From an uncultured Candidatus Saccharibacteria bacterium (lineage in GTDB: Bacteria > Patescibacteriota > Saccharimonadia > Saccharimonadales > Saccharimonadaceae), in assembly GCA_938033875.1 (NCBI GenBank), contig CALHKG010000015.1:16393-80392 (forward strand): a DNA stretch of 64,000 nucleotides, written 5' to 3'. Below are positions 20,622 through 33,599 of the stretch, one piece after another (within the stretch, counting starts at the first letter, position 1; each line of letters opens with the position of its first letter). A program made the position numbers and the translations under genes. The notes under the pieces were generated by a model, which searched no databases, was not told the DNA's origin, and saw nothing but the letters and a program-made list of their open reading frames with translations.

Positions 20622-21497
20622 ATGTACAATGCAGTTTCTCAAAACAAACGCAACACAATATTAATTATGTCTGTGTTTGTAATAATTATTGGAATTATCG
20701 GTCTGTTTATTGGAGCGGCGACGGATAGCTATTCACTAGCGCTCATCATTTTTATATGTGCAATGTTATATGCTTGGCTGCAATATTTTATAGCTGGTAA
20801 GTTGGCTATGATGATGACTGGCGCTCAGGAAATTAGTAAAAATGACGCTCCTGAACTTTGGCGAGTGGTGGAAAATTTGTCTATCGCTTCTGGTATGCCG
20901 ATGCCGAAAGTCTATATTATCGACGATCCAGCTCCAAATGCTTTTGCGACCGGTCGCGACCCAAATCATGCCATTGTCGGTGCAACCACTGGGCTTTTGG
21001 ATATTATGGACAAGCGTGAGCTGGAGGCTGTTATGGCGCATGAAATGAGCCACGTGCGAAATTACGACATCCGCGTGAGTATGATTGCTTTTGGTTTGGT
21101 TAGCGCAATTGGGTTATTTGCAGATTTGGCGCTTAGAATGATGTTTTATAGTGACGATCGTGACAGAGATGTTAATCCTATCGTCTACGCTCTCGGGCTG
21201 ATCGTGGTTATATTGGCGCCGCTTTTGGCAACAATAACTCAATTGGCGGTTAGTAGACAGCGTGAATATCTGGCGGATGCTTCGGGTGTGCTATTGACAC
21301 GAGATACTGAAGGGCTAGCAAGCGCGCTGGAAAAATTGCGCCAATACGGCAGACCAATGCAAAAACAAAGTTCTTCCACTGCCAATTTGTTCATGAATAA
21401 TCCTTTGAAACCCGGATTTTTCTCGAAACTATTTAGTACTCATCCACCACTAGAAGACAGAATTGCAAGGTTGAGAAATAACGCAACAAAGATGTAA
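20622..21497 (+). CDS. htpX: M48 family zinc protease HtpX
   Basis: 291 aa. HEMSHV zinc motif, 4 TM, PNAFATG motif. TATAAT 20610-20615 lies 6 nt before the ATG. Confidence 0.9.
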   Translation: MYNAVSQNKRNTILIMSVFVIIIGIIGLFIGAATDSYSLALIIFICAMLYAWLQYFIAGKLAMMMTGAQEISKNDAPELWRVVENLSIASGMPMPKVYIIDDPAPNAFATGRDPNHAIVGATTGLLDIMDKRELEAVMAHEMSHVRNYDIRVSMIAFGLVSAIGLFADLALRMMFYSDDRDRDVNPIVYALGLIVVILAPLLATITQLAVSRQREYLADASGVLLTRDTEGLASALEKLRQYGRPMQKQSSSTANLFMNNPLKPGFFSKLFSTHPPLEDRIARLRNNATKM

Positions 21498-21499
21498 TT

Positions 21500-24590
<3,091 letters not shown>

Positions 24591-24609
24591 ATTAATGTAT
24601 AATTTACGC

Positions 24610-25308
24610 ATGGATAAGATTAAAAAACCGAGACTCTATTGTTTTTCTCCAGCAGTAATGCTGGCGACGCTGACAATTGAAATCATTCTGGCGATATATA
24701 CTTTTTGGAAATATAAATTGAATGCTGTGACGAAGATTGTGATCATGCTGTTGATTTGTTTGGCGCTGTTTCAATGGGCTGAATATAACGTTTGTGAAGG
24801 TGCGATTCTTCTAGATAATCTCGGCTGGGCTAAACTTGGCTATATTGCAATTACTATGCTTCCGCCCCTGGGCATTCATTTGATATATGAAATTTCTGGT
24901 GATAATAGGCGATGGATTCCTGCGCTTGGTTATACTTTTGCAGCAATGTTTATTAGCTATTTTCTATTGGAGGCTAACGGAATTAAGTCTGGGGCTTGCC
25001 TGGGTAATTATGTGATTTTTGAAAACCAGCCGGGCGTCGGAATGTGGTATGGTTTGTATTATTACGGCCTATTATTTGCGGCAATTGCTTATGCGTATGT
25101 TAGGAATAAAACCTCCAGTAAACACATTCGGCGCTCTCTAGGTTCGTTGATTGTGGGATATGTTCTATTTATGGCGCCTACAACGTTTGTCAATATCATC
25201 GATCCATCGACTATTATCGGAATTCCGTCAATTATGTGTGGATTTGCAGTTTTGATGGCGGTAGTTTTAGCTGGGAAAGTTTTGCCAGAATATGTAAATG
25301 AGAAATGA
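24610..25308 (+). CDS. Hypothetical polytopic membrane protein
   Basis: ~232 aa, 6-7 TM. TATAAT 24598-24603 lies 6 nt before ATG 24610, so the longer start at 24595 would sit inside the promoter. Confidence 0.5.
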   Translation: MDKIKKPRLYCFSPAVMLATLTIEIILAIYTFWKYKLNAVTKIVIMLLICLALFQWAEYNVCEGAILLDNLGWAKLGYIAITMLPPLGIHLIYEISGDNRRWIPALGYTFAAMFISYFLLEANGIKSGACLGNYVIFENQPGVGMWYGLYYYGLLFAAIAYAYVRNKTSSKHIRRSLGSLIVGYVLFMAPTTFVNIIDPSTIIGIPSIMCGFAVLMAVVLAGKVLPEYVNEK

Positions 25309-25347
25309 TGCTTGTGTTTTTTTGGACGATAATGCATAATTAAACAT

Positions 25348-25438
25348 GAGCTGGTACGCATAGGGGCATTCTCCTATGCTTGCCAATTGAAAGACAAACA
25401 CACATTCAAATATGCCCCGGGTGGGCGCGTAGCAGCTC
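25348..25438 (+). ncRNA. Candidate structured RNA / cis-regulatory leader (unclassified)
   Basis: GC-rich island in an AT-rich spacer. Closing helix 25348-25359 / 25427-25438 (11 of 12 pairs). Hairpin GCATAGG/CCTATGC (25358-25379) whose loop GGCAT can pair with ATGCC at 25412-25416. CATAAT at 25335-25340 would place a TSS at ~25347. Confidence 0.25.
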
Positions 25439-25467
25439 TTCTATAATGCTTATGGTATGATATAGTT

Positions 25468-26757
25468 ATGGTTACTGTTTCAAAAAAAAGGGAAGAAAAA
25501 CTAGCAAAATTAGTGCGAGAATTTTTTGCTGTTCATCCAGATGTGAAGCTTGTGGCGATAACTGGTAGCGCTGGAAAGGCTAGCGCGAAAATAGCTATCG
25601 GTACGGTTTTGGCGCAACAATTTGATATTCAACTTCGCAATGAAGAGCCGAAGACGAAAGCTGATGTTTTCCTTCAGATGATGGGTGTGAAAATGCCTGA
25701 AAAAGGCTTATTCAAATGGTGGAAAGTGATGCGCGCCGTAAAGAAGAGGATTAAGGCTGAAAAACCGGAAGTTCAAGTGATTGTTCAGGAATTTAATCCA
25801 AAGGAACTTGGCTATAACGATTGGTTTAAGGCTTATGTTGTGCCAGATATTACGGTTGTAACTTCTGTGACGAATGGTCGAATGCAGGTTGAATATTCCT
25901 TGGAGGAAGTGGCGAATGAGATGATTTCGCTGGCGAATTTCTCGCGAATGGCGATGATAAATCGTGATGACATTGACGGGCGTTTTGCTAGTTTTTTGAC
26001 AAATCCGAATATCACTACGTACGGAAGTGATCCAGTGGCGGAGTATAATTTTGACGATCGTAATTTTTCTCTGAAAGACGGGCATCACGGCTTTATTGTG
26101 TCGCCAGAAAATCCTAACGGATTAGAGGTCAATGTTAAGCTAATTGGCGAGCATAATATTCGTCCAGCAATTGTGGCGGCGGCTATTGGGTATGCGTTTA
26201 GTGAAACTGAGGAGAATATAAAAAAAGGTGTAGAGAATTTGCGTCCACTGCCTGGCAGGATGAATTTGCTGAAGGGTGCGGACAATACTTGGTTGATTGA
26301 CGATAGTTATAGTTCGACGCCGTTGACTGCTTTGGCGGCTTTACAGTCTTTATATCGAATTGAGACTCCGCAGCGAATTGCTGTACTTGGCAATATGAAT
26401 GGCTTAAAGGGGATTTTCGAGCAAGCTCACGCTGAACTTGGTTCTCATTGTAGTCCGGATTTGTTGGATTGGGTTGTGACGGTTGGTGAGAAAGCTAATC
26501 AATATTTGGCGCCGGCCGCTCGTCAAAAAGGTTGCCAGGTGAAGGAATGTAAGAATGCCATCGAGGCTGGGTCTTTCGTGCGCGATAAATTGAAATCTGA
26601 AGGCGTTGCTCTGTTTAAGGGCTCGAGCGGCGGTGTATGGCTAGAGGAATCTATAAAAATCAACCTTCATAGCACTGAGGACGATAAATACTTAGTCAGG
26701 CAAACGCCGGAGTGGATTGCAAGGAAAAACCAATTTTTCTCACAATTTAAAGATTAA
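25468..26757 (+). CDS. Mur ligase family protein (MurF-like)
   Basis: 429 aa. P-loop ITGSAGKAS, Mur ligase C-terminal motif DDSYSSTP. Family assignment only. Confidence 0.62.
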   Translation: MVTVSKKREEKLAKLVREFFAVHPDVKLVAITGSAGKASAKIAIGTVLAQQFDIQLRNEEPKTKADVFLQMMGVKMPEKGLFKWWKVMRAVKKRIKAEKPEVQVIVQEFNPKELGYNDWFKAYVVPDITVVTSVTNGRMQVEYSLEEVANEMISLANFSRMAMINRDDIDGRFASFLTNPNITTYGSDPVAEYNFDDRNFSLKDGHHGFIVSPENPNGLEVNVKLIGEHNIRPAIVAAAIGYAFSETEENIKKGVENLRPLPGRMNLLKGADNTWLIDDSYSSTPLTALAALQSLYRIETPQRIAVLGNMNGLKGIFEQAHAELGSHCSPDLLDWVVTVGEKANQYLAPAARQKGCQVKECKNAIEAGSFVRDKLKSEGVALFKGSSGGVWLEESIKINLHSTEDDKYLVRQTPEWIARKNQFFSQFKD

Positions 26758-26798
26758 TGTGATATATTAAATTCAAGGTATATAAAACAAGGGGGAAT

Positions 26799-27884
26799 AT
26801 GGATCAAGGTAATCAACCTGCACCGCAGCCGCAATATAACGGCGTACCGATGCAACCAAAAAAGAAGAAAACGGGATTGATAATTGGTGTAGTGCTGGGA
26901 GTTATAGCTCTTATTGCTATTATTTCTGCTGTGTTAGTTTATTTCTTGTGGTGGCAGAATCCAGAAAAGATGGTTACGGACGCTGTGTCTAATGCTATTA
27001 TGGCAAAGAAGATGACTGCCGACGGTAAGGTAGTTATTGACATGCGCGACCAAGGAAAAATAGAGCTAAACGTAAAGACTGCTACTGAGTCGGGAAAATC
27101 AAAGGCGAATATTGACGCTAAGCTTAATATCAAAGGGGTCGAAAAGAGTATTCCACTAGATGGTGATATGGTTCTTGGTGATGACGGGACGATATACGTG
27201 AAGATAAATAATTTTAAGGATTTGTATGGCACTTTGCTTGAAATAGTTATGGAGTCTTCTTCTGGCGGCAAGGCATCAAGGGCTCAAATAGAAACTTACC
27301 GTGATCAGACTTTGAGAAAGATGAGCTCTGAGATAGATAAAATGAGCGACACGTGGATGAAGGTTTCTCCAGATGAAATTGGTAGTGAATATAAGTGCGG
27401 AATTAACGCCCTGAAGAAAATTCAAAGTGATGAAAGTGTCCGCAAGGAAGTAGCTCAACTTTATCAAAAGAATAGCTTCTTCACTATAAAAGACTCAAAG
27501 ATCAGCGACCGTAATGGTGGACGTGGTTTTGAGCTGCAGGGTGATAACGGTAAATTGTCGAAATTTAATGATGAGTTTAAAAATTCATCAGCAGGCAAGG
27601 CGCTCGGTAAGTGCGGAAAATCTAATAGCTACAAGAGTAGTGAATCATCATCTATTGACACAGCTTCATTGAAAGTGTGGGTTGATAGGTCGTCTCATGA
27701 ACTGAAAGCCTTAGAGTTGAAAGGTGATGGCAAGAAGGCTTCTGTAGAGATTTCATTTGACATTAACATGAACAAGTCTGAGGAGATAAAGGCGCCGTCG
27801 GACGCTGAAAGCTTGAAAGAGTTTGTAGAAGGTTTTATGAGCGGATATTCGAGCGGATTGTCATCAACCTCGACCAGACGATAG
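26799..27884 (+). CDS. Hypothetical membrane-anchored extracytoplasmic protein
   Basis: 361 aa. P/Q-rich N-terminus, single TM, Lys/Ser-rich ectodomain. GGGGGA SD upstream. Confidence 0.55.
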   Translation: MDQGNQPAPQPQYNGVPMQPKKKKTGLIIGVVLGVIALIAIISAVLVYFLWWQNPEKMVTDAVSNAIMAKKMTADGKVVIDMRDQGKIELNVKTATESGKSKANIDAKLNIKGVEKSIPLDGDMVLGDDGTIYVKINNFKDLYGTLLEIVMESSSGGKASRAQIETYRDQTLRKMSSEIDKMSDTWMKVSPDEIGSEYKCGINALKKIQSDESVRKEVAQLYQKNSFFTIKDSKISDRNGGRGFELQGDNGKLSKFNDEFKNSSAGKALGKCGKSNSYKSSESSSIDTASLKVWVDRSSHELKALELKGDGKKASVEISFDINMNKSEEIKAPSDAESLKEFVEGFMSGYSSGLSSTSTRR

Positions 27885-27898
27885 CTTAATTGCCTAAT

Positions 27899-27929
27899 AA
27901 TAATCCCGTTCGTAATGAGCGGGATTATT
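27899..27929 (+). terminator. Hairpin terminator candidate
   Basis: 10-bp stem AATAATCCCG/CGGGATTATT with 11-nt loop. Weak T tail. Confidence 0.4.
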
Positions 27930-27945
27930 TGCTATAATTACAGAT

Positions 27946-30453
27946 ATGAGACGCTATAATCCGACAGAAATTGAACAAAAATGGCAAAACAAATGGGAAG
28001 CTGACGGTACTTACGCGGTTGATTTTAATGACACGACCCGACCGAAATATTACAGTTTGAGCATGCTTCCGGGGATTACAGGGGCGGGAATTCACATTGG
28101 TCACGGTCGTACTTTTCAATTTGCCGACATCAAGGCACGATTCAAGCGTCAGCAGGGCTATAATGTCTATCATCCAATCGGTTGGGACAGTTTTGGTCTG
28201 CCGGTTGAAAATTACGCTATTAAAGTCGGTAAAACGCCGCGTGTAGCGCACGATGAAGCGAAGGTTCATTTTAAGGAGCAATTGAAGCGTCTTGGCTTTA
28301 GCTATGATTGGACAAAAGAAATTTCTACAGCCGATCCAGAATATTATAAATGGACTCAGTGGATTTTTACGCAATTATATAAGCACGATTTGGCATATCA
28401 AAAAGAGCAGCCGCAGTGGTGGTGTGAGACTGATAATACAGTGCTTGCTAACGAACAGGTTGAAGGCGGCAAATGTTGGCGCTGCGGTAACTCTGTAACC
28501 AAGCGAAATCTCAAACAGTGGTTTTTCCGAATTACGGCGTATGCAGATGAAATTTTAGAGGCAACCGATGCGCTTGATTGGACGGAAATGGTTAAAACCA
28601 TGCAGAAGAATTGGATTGGTCGATCAGTTGGTGCGGAAGTTGAGTTTGCGGTTAGTGGTCAAGATTCCAAGATTACAATTTTCACGACTCGTCCTGACAC
28701 GTTATTTGGCGCGACGTATGTAGCTTTGGCGCCGGAGCATCCTCTGATTCCTCAGTTGGTCAATTCTGATACGCGCGAAAAGGTTGAAGCGTATGTTCAA
28801 GCTTCGCAACAAAAATCTGATGTTGAACGTCAAGAGAATAAAGAGAAAACAGGTGTATTTACTGGCAGTTATGTCATAAATCCAGTTAATGGTCAAAAAT
28901 TGCCGATTTGGGTGGCGGATTATGTTTTGGGTGGCTATGGAACCGGCGCAGTCATGGCGGTGCCAGCGCACGACGAGCGCGATTTTGCGTTTGCCGAGAA
29001 GTTTGACTTGCCGATTGTCCAGGTTATTGATAAGCCTGAACATTCAGCCGATGCTGGCTGTTATTCTAGTGAAGGTGAACTGATAAATTCCGGACAGTTC
29101 AACGGGACCAGGAGTGAGGATGCTCGCGAGCAAATTGTTGCGTGGCTGGAGCAGCAGAATTCCGGACGAAGCAAAACCACGTATAAAATGCGCGATTGGT
29201 TGATTTCTCGTCAGCGCTATTGGGGTGCTCCGATTCCAATTGTCCATGTTGATGGTCGTGTGCCAATTGCCGTGGCTGATGAATGCTTGCCGGTGATTTT
29301 GCCAGAGGTGGAGAATTTTAAGCCAACGGGCGGGAATACTTCTGTTTTGGCCCAAGTTGATGATTGGGTGCGAGTTTGGGTGGATGTTGAAACTGGAAAA
29401 ACTGTGCCGATTGCGGAAAATAAACCTGACGGCGACAATTGGGTAGAAGGTCGACGCGAGACCGATACTTTGGATGGCTATGCTTGTTCTAGCTGGTATT
29501 TCTTGCGATATCTCGACCCGCACAATGATAATGAAGCGTGGAATCCTGAGAGAATTAACCATTGGATGCCGGTTGATTATTACAACGGTGCCGACCACGC
29601 CGTAGCTCACTTGCTATACAGTCGTTTTTGGATGCGATTTTTCTATAAGCTCGGTCTCGTTCCGACTCCAGAACCTTTCAAGCGAATGATGTACAATGCA
29701 TACATTATGGCCCCAGACGGTCAGAAAATGTCCAAGTCTAAGGGCAATGTTATTGATCCAATGGAAATTATGGATAGTGGATACGGCGCTGATGCGCTGC
29801 GAGTTTACGAAATGTTCATCGCGCCCTATGACATGGACGCGCCATGGGATCCTCGTGGCGTTCCGGGAACTTATCGATTCTTAAACCGAGCATGGAATTT
29901 GGTTCAGGAGTTCGTTGATAAGAATAATGACCCAAGCAATTCTCCTGAGATGGATGAAAAAATAACTCAAGAACTATTGCGATTAACTCACTCGACAATT
30001 AAAAAAGTTACTCGCGACATTGAAGATGAGAAGTTTAATACAGCCGTGGCTTCGATGATGGAAATGATCAATGGTCTGTATAAGATAAAAGAATCGCATG
30101 GAATTGACATGTCGGACGAGTGGCGATTTGCATTAGAAAGTTTGATTCAAATTTTGGCGCCTTTTGCTCCGCATATCACAGAGGAATTGTGGCATGAAAT
30201 GGGTCATGATGATACGGTTCACGTTGGTCACTGGCCGAAGTGGGACGAAAAATATCTAAAGAGCGATACGATGACTATTATAGTTCAAGTGAACGGCAAG
30301 CTTCGTGCGAAACTTGAACTGCCGAGTGATATGGACAAGCAGGGTGTTGAAGAGGCTGCTCTGGCTGATGAAAATGTCCAGAAATTCACAAACAATAAAC
30401 CACCTAAAAAGATGGTTTACGTTCCGGGCAAGCTGGTGAATATTGTGGTTTAG
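27946..30453 (+). CDS. leuS: Leucine--tRNA ligase
   Basis: 835 aa. Class I HIGH (HIGH as GIHIGH) and KMSKS motifs, CP1 editing domain. Confidence 0.97.
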   Translation: MRRYNPTEIEQKWQNKWEADGTYAVDFNDTTRPKYYSLSMLPGITGAGIHIGHGRTFQFADIKARFKRQQGYNVYHPIGWDSFGLPVENYAIKVGKTPRVAHDEAKVHFKEQLKRLGFSYDWTKEISTADPEYYKWTQWIFTQLYKHDLAYQKEQPQWWCETDNTVLANEQVEGGKCWRCGNSVTKRNLKQWFFRITAYADEILEATDALDWTEMVKTMQKNWIGRSVGAEVEFAVSGQDSKITIFTTRPDTLFGATYVALAPEHPLIPQLVNSDTREKVEAYVQASQQKSDVERQENKEKTGVFTGSYVINPVNGQKLPIWVADYVLGGYGTGAVMAVPAHDERDFAFAEKFDLPIVQVIDKPEHSADAGCYSSEGELINSGQFNGTRSEDAREQIVAWLEQQNSGRSKTTYKMRDWLISRQRYWGAPIPIVHVDGRVPIAVADECLPVILPEVENFKPTGGNTSVLAQVDDWVRVWVDVETGKTVPIAENKPDGDNWVEGRRETDTLDGYACSSWYFLRYLDPHNDNEAWNPERINHWMPVDYYNGADHAVAHLLYSRFWMRFFYKLGLVPTPEPFKRMMYNAYIMAPDGQKMSKSKGNVIDPMEIMDSGYGADALRVYEMFIAPYDMDAPWDPRGVPGTYRFLNRAWNLVQEFVDKNNDPSNSPEMDEKITQELLRLTHSTIKKVTRDIEDEKFNTAVASMMEMINGLYKIKESHGIDMSDEWRFALESLIQILAPFAPHITEELWHEMGHDDTVHVGHWPKWDEKYLKSDTMTIIVQVNGKLRAKLELPSDMDKQGVEEAALADENVQKFTNNKPPKKMVYVPGKLVNIVV

Positions 30454-30597
30454 AAAATAATCTATCTCGATTTGTCTTTTATTATTGTAAAAAGTTAGTA
30501 TCATTATCTAATTTACGTACAAGCTCTTGAGATTGTCTAATAAAAAAGGTATAATGGTACGTAAGTTTTATGACAACCTAAAAGAGGAGAATAAATT

Positions 30598-30744
30598 ATG
30601 GCACAACCTAAGAAACAGAGTAGCCCACGTAAAACTGGTCTTCGTCGCAGTCACTTGGTATTAAAATTGGCACGTCGCGTTAACGCAACTTCACCAGTTA
30701 AGGTGAAGACAACCAAGCGTGAAACCGGTAAAACAACAAAATAA
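30598..30744 (+). CDS. rpmF: 50S ribosomal protein L32 (short ORF absent from the supplied track)
   Basis: 48-aa ORF MAQPKKQSSPRKTGLRRSHLVLK... preceded by AAGAGGAG. Matches the L32 N-terminal pattern (A-x-PK-(K/R)-x-S-x-x-(R/K) ... R-(R/T)-(S/T)-H). No Cys pairs (Zn-free form). Confidence 0.75.
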   Translation: MAQPKKQSSPRKTGLRRSHLVLKLARRVNATSPVKVKTTKRETGKTTK

Positions 30745-30768
30745 TAATTACGAACAGGACGCTTAATA

Positions 30769-31227
30769 ATGGCATCAAACCGTCATTTGGGACGAATTGT
30801 CGCACTGCAAACACTTTATGAACATGAATTTCGCAAAGAGGTTGGTGATAGCGATGTTGATTATAAGACTATTTTAAAGCGTAATTTGGCTGAATATAAA
30901 TCATCGGTTGATGACATTGAATTTATTGATAATTTGATCAGTGGCGTACTTTCGACGCAGAGTCAATTGGACGAGAAATTGCAGCCATTGGCGCCAGAAT
31001 GGCCTATTAGTCAGTTGCCGCGAATTGATCGGGCGGTACTTAGAATTGGTTTATATGAATTGCTATATTGTGCAGATACCGTTCCACCAAAAGTGGTGAT
31101 TAACGAAGCGGTAGAATTAGCAAAAGCGTTCGGTTCGGATAACTCGGGTAAGTTTGTGAATGGCGTGCTTGGCACGGCACTCCGTACTCTCGTGGAGGAG
31201 TCCGACAGTGAGAACAAGCAACTTTGA
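30769..31227 (+). CDS. nusB: Transcription antitermination factor NusB
   Basis: 152 aa. Typical NusB (RIVALQTLY, INEAVELAK.FG, KFVNGVL). Confidence 0.9.
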   Translation: MASNRHLGRIVALQTLYEHEFRKEVGDSDVDYKTILKRNLAEYKSSVDDIEFIDNLISGVLSTQSQLDEKLQPLAPEWPISQLPRIDRAVLRIGLYELLYCADTVPPKVVINEAVELAKAFGSDNSGKFVNGVLGTALRTLVEESDSENKQL

Positions 31228-31705
31228 TAAGATAAAAAAATATTTTGGTGGCAGCAAGAAGCCATTGATTCAGGAAATTGTACGCGAGCCAACTGCTGGT
31301 GGCGTGATTTTTCGTCGTAATAAAAAGGGCGAGGCGGAATTTTTGCTATATCAGGACGCTCGCGACCGCTGGACAATTCCGAAAGGGCACATTGAGCCAG
31401 GTGAAACAGCTCAAGTGACGGCTCGTAGGGAAATCGGCGAGGAAACTGGACTGAAGAAAATTGAACTGCACGGCTGGCTAGGCAAGGTGAATTTTCGTTA
31501 TCGTCGAATCGATAAATTGGTATTGATGACAACGCAAGTTTATCTAGTTAAGGCGCTGGATCCTAATGAGAAACTCCAAAAGGAAGAGTGGATGAATGGT
31601 CTTAAATGGTTTAGTTTTCATGAGGCGCTGGATGAAGTTGAATATGAAGATATTGGCAAGCTGATTCTTTTGGCGATGAAACGAATTAGACAGGAGAATT
31701 TATAA
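31208..31705 (+). CDS. NUDIX hydrolase
   Basis: Nudix box GHIEPGETAQVTARREIGEETGL. GTG 31208 start overlaps the nusB end by 20 nt. The ATG at 31160 would overlap by 68 nt. Confidence 0.72.
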   Translation: MRTSNFDKIKKYFGGSKKPLIQEIVREPTAGGVIFRRNKKGEAEFLLYQDARDRWTIPKGHIEPGETAQVTARREIGEETGLKKIELHGWLGKVNFRYRRIDKLVLMTTQVYLVKALDPNEKLQKEEWMNGLKWFSFHEALDEVEYEDIGKLILLAMKRIRQENL

Positions 31706-32422
31706 ATGAACGGAATGAACACTGCGCCATATCAAGATTTTGCGCGCGAAAAATTAGGTTTTGAATTTACGAATTTGGATTTGCTGATTACAGCTTTGAC
31801 TCACCGTAGCTATGTGAATGAGCATCGAAAATCCGTTCATCACCACAATGAGCGCTTGGAATTCTTAGGTGATGCGGTTTTGGAATTGGCAGTAACGGAA
31901 TATTTGTTTACGCATTTTTCTGAGCCAGAGGGAATTTTGACTGCTTGGCGGGCGGCTTTGGTGCGAACGGAAAGTATTGGCGATGCTGGTGATAAGTTGG
32001 GTTACGGCCCGCTGATTCGTATGTCAAAGGGTGAGAAGAACGGCTCAGAGCGAGCGCATTTACAGATTTTAGCTAATGCATTTGAGGCGGTAATCGGCGC
32101 GATTTATCTGGAGCGTGGCTTTGATGATGCTCGAGATTTTATTTACAAGCATATAATTGTTAAGTTGGATGGAATTTTAGAGTCGGGCAGTTGGCGCGAT
32201 CCGAAGTCATATTTGCAGGAGATTTCTCAACGAGTTGACAATCAAACGCCGGTATATAAAGTCCTGAGCGAAGAAGGTCCAGATCACGATAAAGTCTTTA
32301 CTCTTGGGGTTTTTGTTGGTGATAATATGATGGGGCGAGGCATTGGTCCGTCTAAGCAAGTTGCCCAACAGCAAGCTGCTCGTGCTGCAATTGCTAAATA
32401 TAAAGAATCTGGCGAGAAATAA
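31706..32422 (+). CDS. rnc: Ribonuclease III
   Basis: Signature NERLEFLGDAVLEL, C-terminal dsRBD (GPDHDKVFT ... AARAAI). Confidence 0.93.
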   Translation: MNGMNTAPYQDFAREKLGFEFTNLDLLITALTHRSYVNEHRKSVHHHNERLEFLGDAVLELAVTEYLFTHFSEPEGILTAWRAALVRTESIGDAGDKLGYGPLIRMSKGEKNGSERAHLQILANAFEAVIGAIYLERGFDDARDFIYKHIIVKLDGILESGSWRDPKSYLQEISQRVDNQTPVYKVLSEEGPDHDKVFTLGVFVGDNMMGRGIGPSKQVAQQQAARAAIAKYKESGEK

Positions 32423-32492
32423 TTAAAGTTTGCACGGCGTAAACTGCTCGTGTATAATGAAAATACAGTTTAATTCCAGGAGGAGGGGCAGA

Positions 32493-32882
32493 ATGTCAAC
32501 AATAGATCAGCAGTTTGTAGAATATACTGTAAAGGCGTTGGTTGGACATCCAGAAGACGTCATAGTAGACCGAACGATTGATGAAAAGGGCGTTTTACTA
32601 ACATTGACAGTTAATCCAGCAGATTTGGGTCGGGTTATTGGTAAGCGCGGCAGTACGGCACAGAGTTTGCGTACACTTCTGCGAGCTTTGGGTGCAAAGA
32701 ATGACGCTCGATATAACTTGAAGATTGTTAACAATGATGGTTTTTCTGGTGAGCGTGAGAGTAATAGCTATAACGATCATGCTTCTGTGGACAACTCAAC
32801 AGATGAAGCTGTGGAAAATGAATCATCTTACGCAGAAAACACCAGAAAAGAGCTTGCAGAACTCGACGATCTTGATATATAA
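32493..32882 (+). CDS. KH-domain RNA-binding protein (YlqC-like) with acidic C-terminal tail
   Basis: GKRG motif (VIGKRGSTAQSLR). AGGAGGAGG SD before ATG 32493. The upstream part of the ORF (32430-) lacks an SD. Confidence 0.8.
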   Translation: MSTIDQQFVEYTVKALVGHPEDVIVDRTIDEKGVLLTLTVNPADLGRVIGKRGSTAQSLRTLLRALGAKNDARYNLKIVNNDGFSGERESNSYNDHASVDNSTDEAVENESSYAENTRKELAELDDLDI

Positions 32883-32965
32883 TTAAAACCAGTTCAAGCA
32901 CAGACATTATGCGAGAACAGCTCTATGCGAGACAATGGGAAACCATTGAGAGCCTTATTTGTGCT

Positions 32966-32995
32966 AAAAAACCGTCCTTACTGGGACGGTTTTTT
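32966..32995 (+). terminator. Intrinsic (potentially bidirectional) terminator
   Basis: AAAAA-ACCGTCC-ttactg-GGACGGT-TTTTT. Confidence 0.75.
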
Positions 32996-33031
32996 GGTGG
33001 GGAATAATTTCTGTAAAAAGACATGAAAATA

Positions 33032-33091
33032 GCCCGCCGAAAACGTACTCAAGTCGAGACTTGATGTCTCAACGAGCTATTTTCGGCGGGC
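33032..33091 (-). terminator. Long-loop hairpin terminator of ORF 33093-33542
   Basis: 12-bp stem GCCCGCCGAAAA/TTTTCGGCGGGC starting 1 nt after the stop. The 36-nt loop holds an inner palindrome TCAAGTC-ga-GACTTGA. T-rich tail on the minus strand. Confidence 0.55.
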
Positions 33092-33092
33092 G

Positions 33093-33542
33093 TTAGAAAA
33101 CCCTTTTAATCGACCAATGTCCTCCGTCCCAGAACAGGACGTAGGGTTCGTCTAGCTTGGCGATTATCTCGAAAGCGCTTGCAAGTCGCTTAGATTCGGT
33201 TACCTGTTCTACAACAGGCCAGATCTCGACTCCTATTCCGGTTTTGGCGGGTTTCCCCTTACTCCATGACCGTGGTACTACCTTGAGTACCATGGTGTCT
33301 CCGGCGTAGACTGCGAAGCCGGTAACTTCATCGAAATCAGACTTCAGAGTTTCAATTCGGTTAATATCTCCGGAGTCGGAGTAGGGGGTGAGATGTTCCC
33401 GTACTAAGTCCTCGATGTGATTTTTGTAACCACGACGAGGTATGGTGCACGCGTTTATTTCCAGAGTGTGCTCCTCCATTTTGATGGAGAGATTAGAACC
33501 TTCCGCGGACCAGTTAGTGTTTTTCTCGGTGATACAAGACAT
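33093..33542 (-). CDS. Hypothetical soluble protein (ORFan cassette A, atypical codon usage)
   Basis: 149-aa ORF with own promoter, SD (AGAGGAAGAG) and terminator, antisense between the KH gene and trmD. C-ending codons are enriched relative to neighbours. Confidence 0.55.
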   Translation of the reverse strand: MSCITEKNTNWSAEGSNLSIKMEEHTLEINACTIPRRGYKNHIEDLVREHLTPYSDSGDINRIETLKSDFDEVTGFAVYAGDTMVLKVVPRSWSKGKPAKTGIGVEIWPVVEQVTESKRLASAFEIIAKLDEPYVLFWDGGHWSIKRVF

Positions 33543-33599
33543 GACGTCTCTCTCTTCCTCTAAGGGCTACTTCTACTCGGTTGAGTAGAAGTTAATATA

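Noticed and set aside
29044-29610. 188-aa minus-strand ORF.
   Set aside because: Antisense within leuS.
31011-31532. 173-aa minus-strand ORF.
   Set aside because: It is fully antisense to nusB and the Nudix gene, both of which have clear motifs.
32908-32932. Short direct repeat TATGCGAGA x2 downstream of the KH gene.
   Set aside because: Only 9 nt and two copies, which is compatible with chance.
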